A stretch of DNA of 24,447 bases. Origin: Bdellovibrionota bacterium (GTDB lineage Bacteria > Bdellovibrionota_C > UBA2361). The stretch spans positions 1-24,447 of the forward strand of contig JBILDU010000040.1 of the NCBI GenBank assembly GCA_044352465.1. The letters are read 5' to 3'. This document shows positions 16,769 through 24,447 of the stretch, piece by piece; the first letter of the stretch is position 1; each line of letters starts with the position of its first letter. The notes below the pieces were generated by a model. That model did no database searches. It was given only the letters and a program-made list of their open reading frames with translations, and was not told the origin of the DNA. The translations under genes were made by a program, and so were the position numbers.

Positions 16769-18357
16769 TCACTCACGGAATACCGATCGGCGAAAACATC
16801 CGTCCCCGCCACGACTCGTAAGCGCCCGTTAGCGGCGAGATGCCGCACCGTTTTGAACACGGTCTCTGGATCCACCGAGCTACCCAGCGCCGCTGCAAGC
16901 TCCTCCGAGGTCAACGCCTCCTTGGTATGGCGAATGTGCTCGAAAATGGCGCGTTGCACCTCAAGTACCTGCGCAGCAGCCTTCTTCCCGGCCTCAACGC
17001 CAGGTTGGTGGTAAGCGTTAATCCCCACGAGGGTAGCATACAGACCGACCGCCCGCTCAAAGAGCGCGATAAGCATTCCGATCGAATGCGGCGTCACCTC
17101 CTCTATCGTGATCGTTATACTCTCTCGATTTTGCTCAAAGAGCGCGCTGCGGGTCCCAAGGAAAAACCCCGCAAGATAATCCCCGCTCGTCACTCCGGGC
17201 TCGACCTCCAACTCCGCGGGGGTGAAGCCCACCGGGTTCTTCGGCGCATCTTTGAGCACCTCGATAAAGACCGCGAAAAAGTTATTCAGTCCGTCCCGCA
17301 ATTGCTGCACATAGGCATGCTGATCCGTGGACCCTTTATTGCCGTACACCGCGATCCCCTGATTGACCGTATTTCCATCAAGATCTTTCTCTTTCCCCAA
17401 ACTCTCCATCACGAGCTGTTGGAGATACCGACTAAAGAGCTCCAGGCGATCTTTGTATGGGAGCACCACCATGTCTTTCATGCCTCGACCACAGCCGGCG
17501 TGGAACCACATGAGCGCGAGTAGCGCCGCGGGATTATCCCGAGTGCGGCCGACTCGTGTGAGCCCGTCCATGGTCTGCGCCCCAGCGAGGAGTCCGTTGA
17601 TATCGAAACCTTGGAGCGCCGCGGGTAAGAGCCCTACCGCACTCAGCTCACTTGTTCGTCCCCCAACCCAATCCCACATCGGGAAGCGGGCAAGCCATCG
17701 TTCCGCCACCGCAAGCTTATCAAGCTCGCTGCCAACACCGGTGACCGCAACAAAGTGCTGCTCGAACGGTATCCCGGCATCACGAAATGCCGCCTTCGCT
17801 ACCAACTGACCATTCCGCGTCTCTTTTGTCCCACCCGACTTTGAAATAACGACACAGATGGTTGCATGGAGGTCGGGAATCATCCCCAGCACCCGCGCCA
17901 TCCCATCGGGATCCGTGTTGTCAAAGCAGAAAAGATTGAGTGGATCGCTTGGGGTACCAAGCGCTTGGCTCACAAACTGGGGACCAAGCGCTGAGCCACC
18001 AATACCGATCAGCAAAAGATGCCGGAAGCGACCACCCCGATGCGGCGCTATCCGACCGGCATGCACGTCAGCCGCGAACCGAGATACTGCATCCACAGTG
18101 GCCGATATCTCAGCCTGAATATCGGGTGTCGGGGCAAGCGCAGAGTTACGCAGCCAATAATGGCCCACCATCCGATTTTCATCCGGGTTAGCGATAGCGC
18201 CCTTTTCCAGAGCCGCCATCGCCCGGAACGCCGCCTGCATCTTCTCCTCGTGAGAGGAGAGAAACGAGCTCTCAAAATTCATCCGACTGATATCGAGACC
18301 GAAGCCAGCTCGGCGATCACAGAAGTAAAATTTCCTAAAGCGGTCCCAGCTATTCAT
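16765..18357 (-). CDS. pgi: glucose-6-phosphate isomerase
   Basis: [45 protein letters not shown] and [13 protein letters not shown]. Confidence 0.98.
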   Translation of the reverse strand: MNSWDRFRKFYFCDRRAGFGLDISRMNFESSFLSSHEEKMQAAFRAMAALEKGAIANPDENRMVGHYWLRNSALAPTPDIQAEISATVDAVSRFAADVHAGRIAPHRGGRFRHLLLIGIGGSALGPQFVSQALGTPSDPLNLFCFDNTDPDGMARVLGMIPDLHATICVVISKSGGTKETRNGQLVAKAAFRDAGIPFEQHFVAVTGVGSELDKLAVAERWLARFPMWDWVGGRTSELSAVGLLPAALQGFDINGLLAGAQTMDGLTRVGRTRDNPAALLALMWFHAGCGRGMKDMVVLPYKDRLELFSRYLQQLVMESLGKEKDLDGNTVNQGIAVYGNKGSTDQHAYVQQLRDGLNNFFAVFIEVLKDAPKNPVGFTPAELEVEPGVTSGDYLAGFFLGTRSALFEQNRESITITIEEVTPHSIGMLIALFERAVGLYATLVGINAYHQPGVEAGKKAAAQVLEVQRAIFEHIRHTKEALTSEELAAALGSSVDPETVFKTVRHLAANGRLRVVAGTDVFADRYSVSE

Positions 18358-18787
18358 TGTGGCCTCTCAAGAGACAGTTACCGGAAAGTTAGCGCGCATC
18401 ACCAAAAAATGTTGTCGTAAGTCGCCAAAGGTCCGCAGCGGGCACCGGAGCAACCGCTCAGGCTGTGGCGCACCAGCCCCCAAAAAACAACACAGCAAAC
18501 GTCCGCATCGACACGGTTCGTCATGGGCCAATTTTTGTTCCGCGTTCCCAGAACAAAATTGCGCCCACCCCGTGGGACTCACTTTCGCCAAACAGGAGAC
18601 TGTAGCCCCCTTAAAACGGACCTGGAGTCTAACAGCCTATAACGATTCGACTCAAGGGCGAAAATCAACCACAAGTAGTTGATCTGACGGACTTACTATA
18701 CTAGAAGCTCCAAAGAGGCCATAACAGGAAAGAGCCTCCAAGTGTTGAGATTTTTCGATTAATCGCCGTTAGCGACAGTAGTGAGTT

Positions 18788-19423
18788 ATGTTTAAGGACA
18801 ACCTCGTTTTCGTACGCGAATGCATTAAAGAGTTCGAGAAGACGGGCACCGCCTTTCCAACCTCGAAATGGGCCGCGAGCGCGCTCACCGATCCCCTCCG
18901 CGGAGAACGGGGACCGAAGCGAATCCTCGAGATCGGACCTGGGACAGGTTCGGTCACGGTAAAAATTCTGCAAGAGCTTCGCCCCGAAGATCACCTTACC
19001 ATCTGCGAAATCAACCCCCGCTTCATGGCTGCGTTGAAGGAAAATCTCTCCATAAATCCGGACTTTTTAAAGCATCGCGACCGGATCCACTTCTTCGAAG
19101 GACCGGTGCAGAAACTCCCCGAGGAAGGAAAATTTGAGGTGATTGTCTGCGCCCTTCCCTTTCTGAATTTCGATCTCCACACGGTTGAAGAGATTTTTAA
19201 TAAACTCAAAAACATCTCGGCACCGAACGCAGTGATGACCTACTATCAGTACATCGGTCTGCGCTCTCTAAGTCGAACTGTCTCCTCCCCGCGGACACGT
19301 CAGCGCATCCGCGAGCTCGACACCTTCTTCGACTCCATGTACGCAAAACACCTGACGGGCAAGAAACGAGTCTGGCTCAACGTCCTTCCGGTCAATATCT
19401 ACACCCTCGAGCTGGCGGCATAA
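18788..19423 (+). CDS. class I SAM-dependent methyltransferase, PmtA/OlsG-like lipid N-methyltransferase
   Basis: TGTAFPTSKW, ILEIGPGTGSVT, ICEINPRF, IVCALPFLNF, YQY and VWLNVLP fit the COG3963-type family. The substrate is uncertain. Confidence 0.8.
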   Translation: MFKDNLVFVRECIKEFEKTGTAFPTSKWAASALTDPLRGERGPKRILEIGPGTGSVTVKILQELRPEDHLTICEINPRFMAALKENLSINPDFLKHRDRIHFFEGPVQKLPEEGKFEVIVCALPFLNFDLHTVEEIFNKLKNISAPNAVMTYYQYIGLRSLSRTVSSPRTRQRIRELDTFFDSMYAKHLTGKKRVWLNVLPVNIYTLELAA

Positions 19424-19460
19424 GCCGGGGCATCCACGGCTTTAAAGCGCGACCCTCAGG

Positions 19461-19503
19461 TTCCAGCACGAGAGCGCCCCGCGGGGGTCTCTGTGGAGCT
19501 TTT
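19461..19503. terminator. GC-rich hairpin between the convergent methyltransferase and pssA genes, possible terminator
   Basis: AGAG..CCCC-GC-GGGG..CTCT imperfect stem followed by a short T run. Confidence 0.4.
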
Positions 19504-19522
19504 GATATCGTCAATAATAGTA

Positions 19523-20281
19523 TTACGCAGCGACTTCGCGCGTCTCTTCAGCTTTCTTTCGACGCACGACGAATGGACGCAGAGGGCCACTCGCACAATA
19601 CCCGACCGCGAGAACTACGAAACCGATCCGTGCGCTGTACCAGATGAGCGCTATCAGAGCGCCCACAAGGATAAACGCAAGGGGGTGAAGCCGCGCGAGG
19701 TTCACCTTCTTGAGGCTAAAAAACTCCACCGTTGAGACCATGAGATAACTCAAGAAAAAGAGCATCGTCGTGCCGAAGGTGGTGGTAAGCACCCCCGGTT
19801 CGATTGAGGGAGTGGCGTACACAACCGCCGCCACAACGCCCGCAGCTCCCGGGGTTGGGAGCCCGGTAAACGACTTCAAGTTTGTATCAGCGATGTTAAA
19901 GCGCGCGAGACGAGCGGCCGCGCACAGCGCAAAAACAAAGGTAACAAAAACGCCCCATTCATCCGCGGGAACCCGGAAGCACCAGTTGTAAATCAAGATC
20001 GCTGGAGCAACGCCAAACGAAACGAGATCAGAGAATGAGTCGAACTCAACACCGAACTTCGAGGTAGCCTGGAGTTTGCGAGCGACGCGACCATCGAGCC
20101 CATCCAGCAAAATGGCGAGACCGATTGCAAGGGCGGCTTTCTCGAATCGACCGGAGGTCGCGTAAATAATCGCGAGAAATCCGCAGAACATGTTACCGAG
20201 GGTCACGGCGTTCGGGACGAGGTGGCGCCGGCGATAAAATCGATTTTTTAGCTCGACCGAGCGAAGACGTCGTTGCTCCAT
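19523..20281 (-). CDS. pssA: CDP-diacylglycerol--serine O-phosphatidyltransferase
   Basis: VPNAVTLGNMFCG, CDP-alcohol motif DGLDGRVARKLQATSKFGVEFDSFSDLVSFGVAPA, ARLARFN and FTGLPTP. Start placed at ATG 20281. Confidence 0.94.
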   Translation of the reverse strand: MEQRRLRSVELKNRFYRRRHLVPNAVTLGNMFCGFLAIIYATSGRFEKAALAIGLAILLDGLDGRVARKLQATSKFGVEFDSFSDLVSFGVAPAILIYNWCFRVPADEWGVFVTFVFALCAAARLARFNIADTNLKSFTGLPTPGAAGVVAAVVYATPSIEPGVLTTTFGTTMLFFLSYLMVSTVEFFSLKKVNLARLHPLAFILVGALIALIWYSARIGFVVLAVGYCASGPLRPFVVRRKKAEETREVAA

Positions 20282-20920
20282 AATCACCACTAACTCAAAA
20301 CGCCGTTTGCTAAACTTGGGGTGCCGGCATCGCTTCAGAACGCCACGCCGAAATCTATTCGGCGACACACATTCAAGTGGTCTCCGATCCGGAAACAAAT
20401 TACAACCAACCGCTCTTTTTTCATAGAACGCACCCCTTGCAGGATGCGGGCGACTCCCCTCCCGACATACTCGCCAATAATATCAGGCACATAGGCGCTC
20501 AAATCGAGCCCCTTGCAGGAGCAGAACCTTATTCAGGCCACCCGCGTTGAAGATAGCCCCAAGCACAAAAGCCTCCCCCCGCAAAGGCAAGCCTCCCCTC
20601 AACTTCATTTGGAAGGGGTGCACCCTCCATGCTGGCGAGTCGTTAAGACTAAAAAACCACCGGGCGGGTGATATTCAATGCGCCGAAACTACCCTTAAAG
20701 CGACTCGAAAGAGAGGCGATTTTTCTGAGGGCGGTGCCCGCAGGGGCGGGACCCTTTTCCTTGTCCGGTGCTATCGTTTATCCTTTTAAAATCTCACGCA
20801 TTTTCCACCAGAGCACGCACGGCTGCGGATAAGGGAGAGACCGAAAAAGCGCCCTCCCGAGAAGGGCGCTCGGCTTATCCTTAGTAAAAGGCTCCGACGA
20901 AGAAAGAGATCGATCAACGC

Positions 20921-22309
20921 ATGACCGCTTCTGCTTCATCAACCACACACCCTTTAGAGGCTTCAGCGATCGAGCCGGCGACGGCTATGGGGATTCGTAG
21001 CCCGCTTACTTTTCGTGGGGCGATCCTCGCGGCTTTCTGTTGCTACCTCCTCGCGGTACCGGTAGCTCAACAAACTGATATCGTTGCCGCAGTCTTCGGC
21101 ATCACGGTGCTTTTTCTCATCGTCACCATGCTCGGGCTGACCCTCGTCAGCGGGGCACGCATTCGGCGCGACCTCACTCCAACCTTGAGCTTTCCCACCG
21201 GAGACTCAGCCAACGGGCCAGGCGAAGGGATTATCGCTGGCACACAGGTGGGATGCCTTCTCAAAATTCCGCCGGTATCGGTTTGGCCCCTCTTTGTCCT
21301 GACCATCCGACTTGAATTTAAGGAAGCGCGACTCGTCGTACCGCTACACCGCATCACCGGTTCGTTTGATCGGATGACGCTCCTCCCCCTGCCGCTCTCC
21401 TTTCCGCACCGTGGCCATTGGCACCTCCGCTCGATCGAATATACCTTTGGCGACCAATTCGGACTCAGTCAATTACGGTGGCGTCAACGGGTCGACCAGA
21501 CCACCAACACGATAACGGTGCGGCCACCCCGAACCTATGGAGAAGCGCTCCCGATCATGACGTCATGCCAGCGTAGCGGAGATCTCGTGACCGACCTCCA
21601 CGATCGCCGCGGGGATCTTTTCGACCTCAAGCCATATCATCCCGCCGATGGAATGCGCCGGATCGTCTGGAAGATCTTCGCCCGCCGGGGCGAACTGATC
21701 TCACGCCAACCTGAAGCCTCCATGACGCCGGAGGGACAGGTATTGGTCTATTGCGTTGCGAAAGAGGACGAAGATAGGGTTTGCGCCGCGACGCTTCAAT
21801 ACCTCGAGTCTCTCGAAGCGCTCAATATCGAGATTTTTCTGGGCTGTGAAGGTATGCGCGAGAAGGCCCCCGCGCGCTCTGCGTCAGCCGGAGAGCGTTT
21901 AATGATCGACTCGGTGTGGGAGGCTGCCGAAGCGACTCCGCCCACCCGCACCGACGAACTGAAGCGCTTGCTCGGTTCAGTTCGTCTCACCATGGGTGCA
22001 ACGAGCTCACTTGAGCGTATCTTATTTTTCTGCTCCGCGGAGCGGCTTGAGGAGAAGACGCACGCTGATTTTATGATCGCGCTCGGCCGTGAGGTGGAAA
22101 CCGAACGGGTGAAACCGGTATTCTTCCTCTTGGAAAACTTTGCTCCATCGGCGCCGCGCAAGAGCGCCAAACCAAGCCTCGCTCACCTCTTCGTTGCCCC
22201 GACCGCGCCGACGCCGCTCACCCGTCAAGACCGCTCAGCTTATGACAGATTTCTCTCCACCGCCGCATCAGCCGGTTGGGAGATCCTCCGCTTCCAGGGA
22301 GGCGCATGA
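20921..22309 (+). CDS. DUF58 domain-containing membrane protein
   Basis: Two N-terminal TM helices, FPHRGHW...DQFGL, and the DUF58 core DLKPYHPADGMRRIVWKIFARRGEL. Confidence 0.85.
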   Translation: MTASASSTTHPLEASAIEPATAMGIRSPLTFRGAILAAFCCYLLAVPVAQQTDIVAAVFGITVLFLIVTMLGLTLVSGARIRRDLTPTLSFPTGDSANGPGEGIIAGTQVGCLLKIPPVSVWPLFVLTIRLEFKEARLVVPLHRITGSFDRMTLLPLPLSFPHRGHWHLRSIEYTFGDQFGLSQLRWRQRVDQTTNTITVRPPRTYGEALPIMTSCQRSGDLVTDLHDRRGDLFDLKPYHPADGMRRIVWKIFARRGELISRQPEASMTPEGQVLVYCVAKEDEDRVCAATLQYLESLEALNIEIFLGCEGMREKAPARSASAGERLMIDSVWEAAEATPPTRTDELKRLLGSVRLTMGATSSLERILFFCSAERLEEKTHADFMIALGREVETERVKPVFFLLENFAPSAPRKSAKPSLAHLFVAPTAPTPLTRQDRSAYDRFLSTAASAGWEILRFQGGA

Positions 22310-24447
22310 TAGCCTCGACTCACCCCGCCCTCTCATCGACTTCCGCCCGACGAGGCCTCGTCTTTGTTCTCCTCGTCAGGATCGTTCTTTTCGCCGCACT
22401 GATATTCGGCCTCGACGAACTAACCGAATTCGGCACCTCAGCGACTGCCCTCTCTGCCGGGGCCGCACTTGGGATTATCGCGGCCACCCAATTTGCATTC
22501 TCTTCGGTTACCACACTCGGATTTGGAGCCCTCCTCGGAGGGGCCTACCTCGCTTACACAGCCTTGTTTGTCGTTCTGGGCGGAATGGGGTCCATGCTTG
22601 CCCCCGGAGAGTTCACTATCTTTAACTGGCAAACTCACGCGAACCTTATCGGTCTGAGTGCACTCATCAGCGCAATCTCAACGTGGGGTTTTTGGCGTTT
22701 TCGCCACACCATGACGCTTGAGGTGCTTCTCCTCGGCGGCACGCTCATCTACCTTTTCTCGGGGCACCGCAACTTCCGCTTTGATACGAGTGGAAACACT
22801 CCGCAGTTACTCAATTCACTCGCCTGGTCCCTTGGAATCGACCACCTCTCGATGCTGGTTCTCATCGGCGGCGTCGCGGCCCTCAGCCTGATAGTTTACG
22901 GCTTCCTCTCAACGATCCCGTCAAAACCGACACCACGCCTGGGCCTCGTCTACAACCACCCCGGCTCAAGGGGTACAGTCGCCGCGAGCGCCTTAACACT
23001 CTGCCTCGGGCTCGCATTCGCTATCGCCGGTAGTTCGATCTATCGATACTACGCGGCGCTCGCGCGTGAGCGCACGATGAACGGAGTCGGCCTCTCCACC
23101 CAAGAGGGGCTTACCCCACTCAGCTTTCAATCCGCGCTCGGCAGCACGAACCAGCCCGCCGCACTTGTGCGCCTTGAGGGCGATTACGGGCCAAATCCGT
23201 TTACGCCGATGCTGTACCTCCGCGAGGCCGCGCTCTCATCTTTTAACGGCAAAGAAATCGTCCAGGCGACCCGACTCTTTGACCAAGATGTCGCCCTAAC
23301 CACCCCGAAGGAATCTTTTAGTGCCGACGAAGATGCGACACTCACACAGCGAGTACCTCTCGGGCAATCGATGTATCTCCTCGCTGAGCACAAAGTCGCA
23401 TTTGCCCTCGACTACCCCCTCTCGATTCGCCCACTCACCATCCCGGGCAACAAACGGTTCAAAGCGGCGTATCGCGCCCTCTCAGCTGCTCCGGCGTTTA
23501 ACTTAGAGGAGATCCGGGAGGCCGCAGTCGGAGACCCGCGCTGGACCGCCGAAACTCGGGCGCATTATCTTGTACAGCACGCCGATCCACGCTACGGCCA
23601 GCTCGCGCTTGAGGTGACCAAGGATGCCCTGATGCCGGTTGAAAAAGCCGCCGCACTGGTTGAATACCTCTCGAAAAAAGCGATCTATACCTTAACTCCG
23701 AACCACAAAGTGGAGCCGCACGAGGATCCGGTAGCACCGTTCCTCTTCGGAGACATGCGCGGTTACTGCGTTCATTTCGCCCATGCAGTCACCTACATGC
23801 TCCGCTCACTGGATATCCCCAGTCGGATTGCGACCGGATATCTTACCGACCTGAGCCAATCCAAAGATGGGCATGTCTTGCTACGTATGAGCGATCGCCA
23901 CGCGTGGGCCGAGGTCTTTGTCGCCGGCTACGGCTGGGTCCCCTTCGATGTCCAGCCCGAACAGGTCGAAAGCCACGGTGACACCCAGGTCGACATGAAG
24001 CTCCTCGAGGAACTCATGGGGTCCCTGGAGCCTGGCGAGGAGATCTTGCCGAAGGATATCGCCCGAGACGAGCCCCGCATGGACGAGCCGAGTTGGACCG
24101 AGAAGCTCCACCCTGGGTTTATTCTCTGGTTGGTCGTGGCGCTCATCGTCAGCGGGATAACCCTGAAGGTATATCTACGGTTCGGATGGATATTACCCGG
24201 CTCACCGGCGGCGAGATTACGGCGTTCAGCTCGGGCCACACTCTCAACGCTTTACGACCTCGGTTACCGCCGACGGCGGGGCGAAACTCGGCAAGAGTTC
24301 CGCCGCCGCCTGCTCGTCGAGCTTGGCGCCTCGCCCCTCGATATCACCGCTGCGCTCACACCCCATATCTACGCGCCAAACGCTCCGGTGGATCTCCCCG
24401 AGGTACTCAAGCTTCATCGCCACGACCGAACGATTCTGGCCCGCGCT
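22306..24447 (+). CDS. TgpA-like multi-TM transglutaminase-domain protein (3' truncated by window edge)
   Basis: Absent from the ORF track, presumably because no stop occurs before the edge. It begins with an ATGA overlap on the DUF58 stop (MIASTHPALS...), then a hydrophobic N-terminus. In the same frame: GYCVHFA (Cys 23767), IPSRIATGY, RHAWAEV (His 23899) and GWVPFD (Asp 23947). Confidence 0.92.
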   Translation, partial: MIASTHPALSSTSARRGLVFVLLVRIVLFAALIFGLDELTEFGTSATALSAGAALGIIAATQFAFSSVTTLGFGALLGGAYLAYTALFVVLGGMGSMLAPGEFTIFNWQTHANLIGLSALISAISTWGFWRFRHTMTLEVLLLGGTLIYLFSGHRNFRFDTSGNTPQLLNSLAWSLGIDHLSMLVLIGGVAALSLIVYGFLSTIPSKPTPRLGLVYNHPGSRGTVAASALTLCLGLAFAIAGSSIYRYYAALARERTMNGVGLSTQEGLTPLSFQSALGSTNQPAALVRLEGDYGPNPFTPMLYLREAALSSFNGKEIVQATRLFDQDVALTTPKESFSADEDATLTQRVPLGQSMYLLAEHKVAFALDYPLSIRPLTIPGNKRFKAAYRALSAAPAFNLEEIREAAVGDPRWTAETRAHYLVQHADPRYGQLALEVTKDALMPVEKAAALVEYLSKKAIYTLTPNHKVEPHEDPVAPFLFGDMRGYCVHFAHAVTYMLRSLDIPSRIATGYLTDLSQSKDGHVLLRMSDRHAWAEVFVAGYGWVPFDVQPEQVESHGDTQVDMKLLEELMGSLEPGEEILPKDIARDEPRMDEPSWTEKLHPGFILWLVVALIVSGITLKVYLRFGWILPGSPAARLRRSARATLSTLYDLGYRRRRGETRQEFRRRLLVELGASPLDITAALTPHIYAPNAPVDLPEVLKLHRHDRTILARA

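Noticed and set aside
18602..18609. GTAGCCCC as a dispersed REP copy
   Set aside because: Only 8 nt match and the following GGTACAG is absent.

Overview
GC-rich chromosomal window from a Gram-negative bacterium (it carries lpxB); the taxon cannot be fixed from sequence alone. Most of it is housekeeping or envelope genes: a glycine-rich RRM RNA-binding protein, nadD, lpxB, tRNA-Arg(CCG), an OafA-type O-acyltransferase, a GT-C-like membrane protein, an SLC13/TrkA-C permease, recQ, an M48 peptidase plus three AIM24/TIGR00266 genes, pgi, a PmtA-like methyltransferase, pssA, a DUF58 protein and a transglutaminase-like membrane protein that runs off the right edge. The most unusual element is at about 15219-16768. 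It is a long, divergent HUH/Y1 (RAYT-like) endonuclease gene with nine direct copies of TACCGGGGCTACT upstream and two inverted copies downstream. The repeats carry a GTAG end, are built by nested duplications, and mostly lack the hairpin expected of classical REPs. Other points of note are a long structured leader containing a 16-bp tandem repeat before the RRM gene, a 17-bp tandem array after recQ, and a DUF58-transglutaminase pair without an upstream MoxR. All protein calls come from motif recognition by eye; no database search was run.
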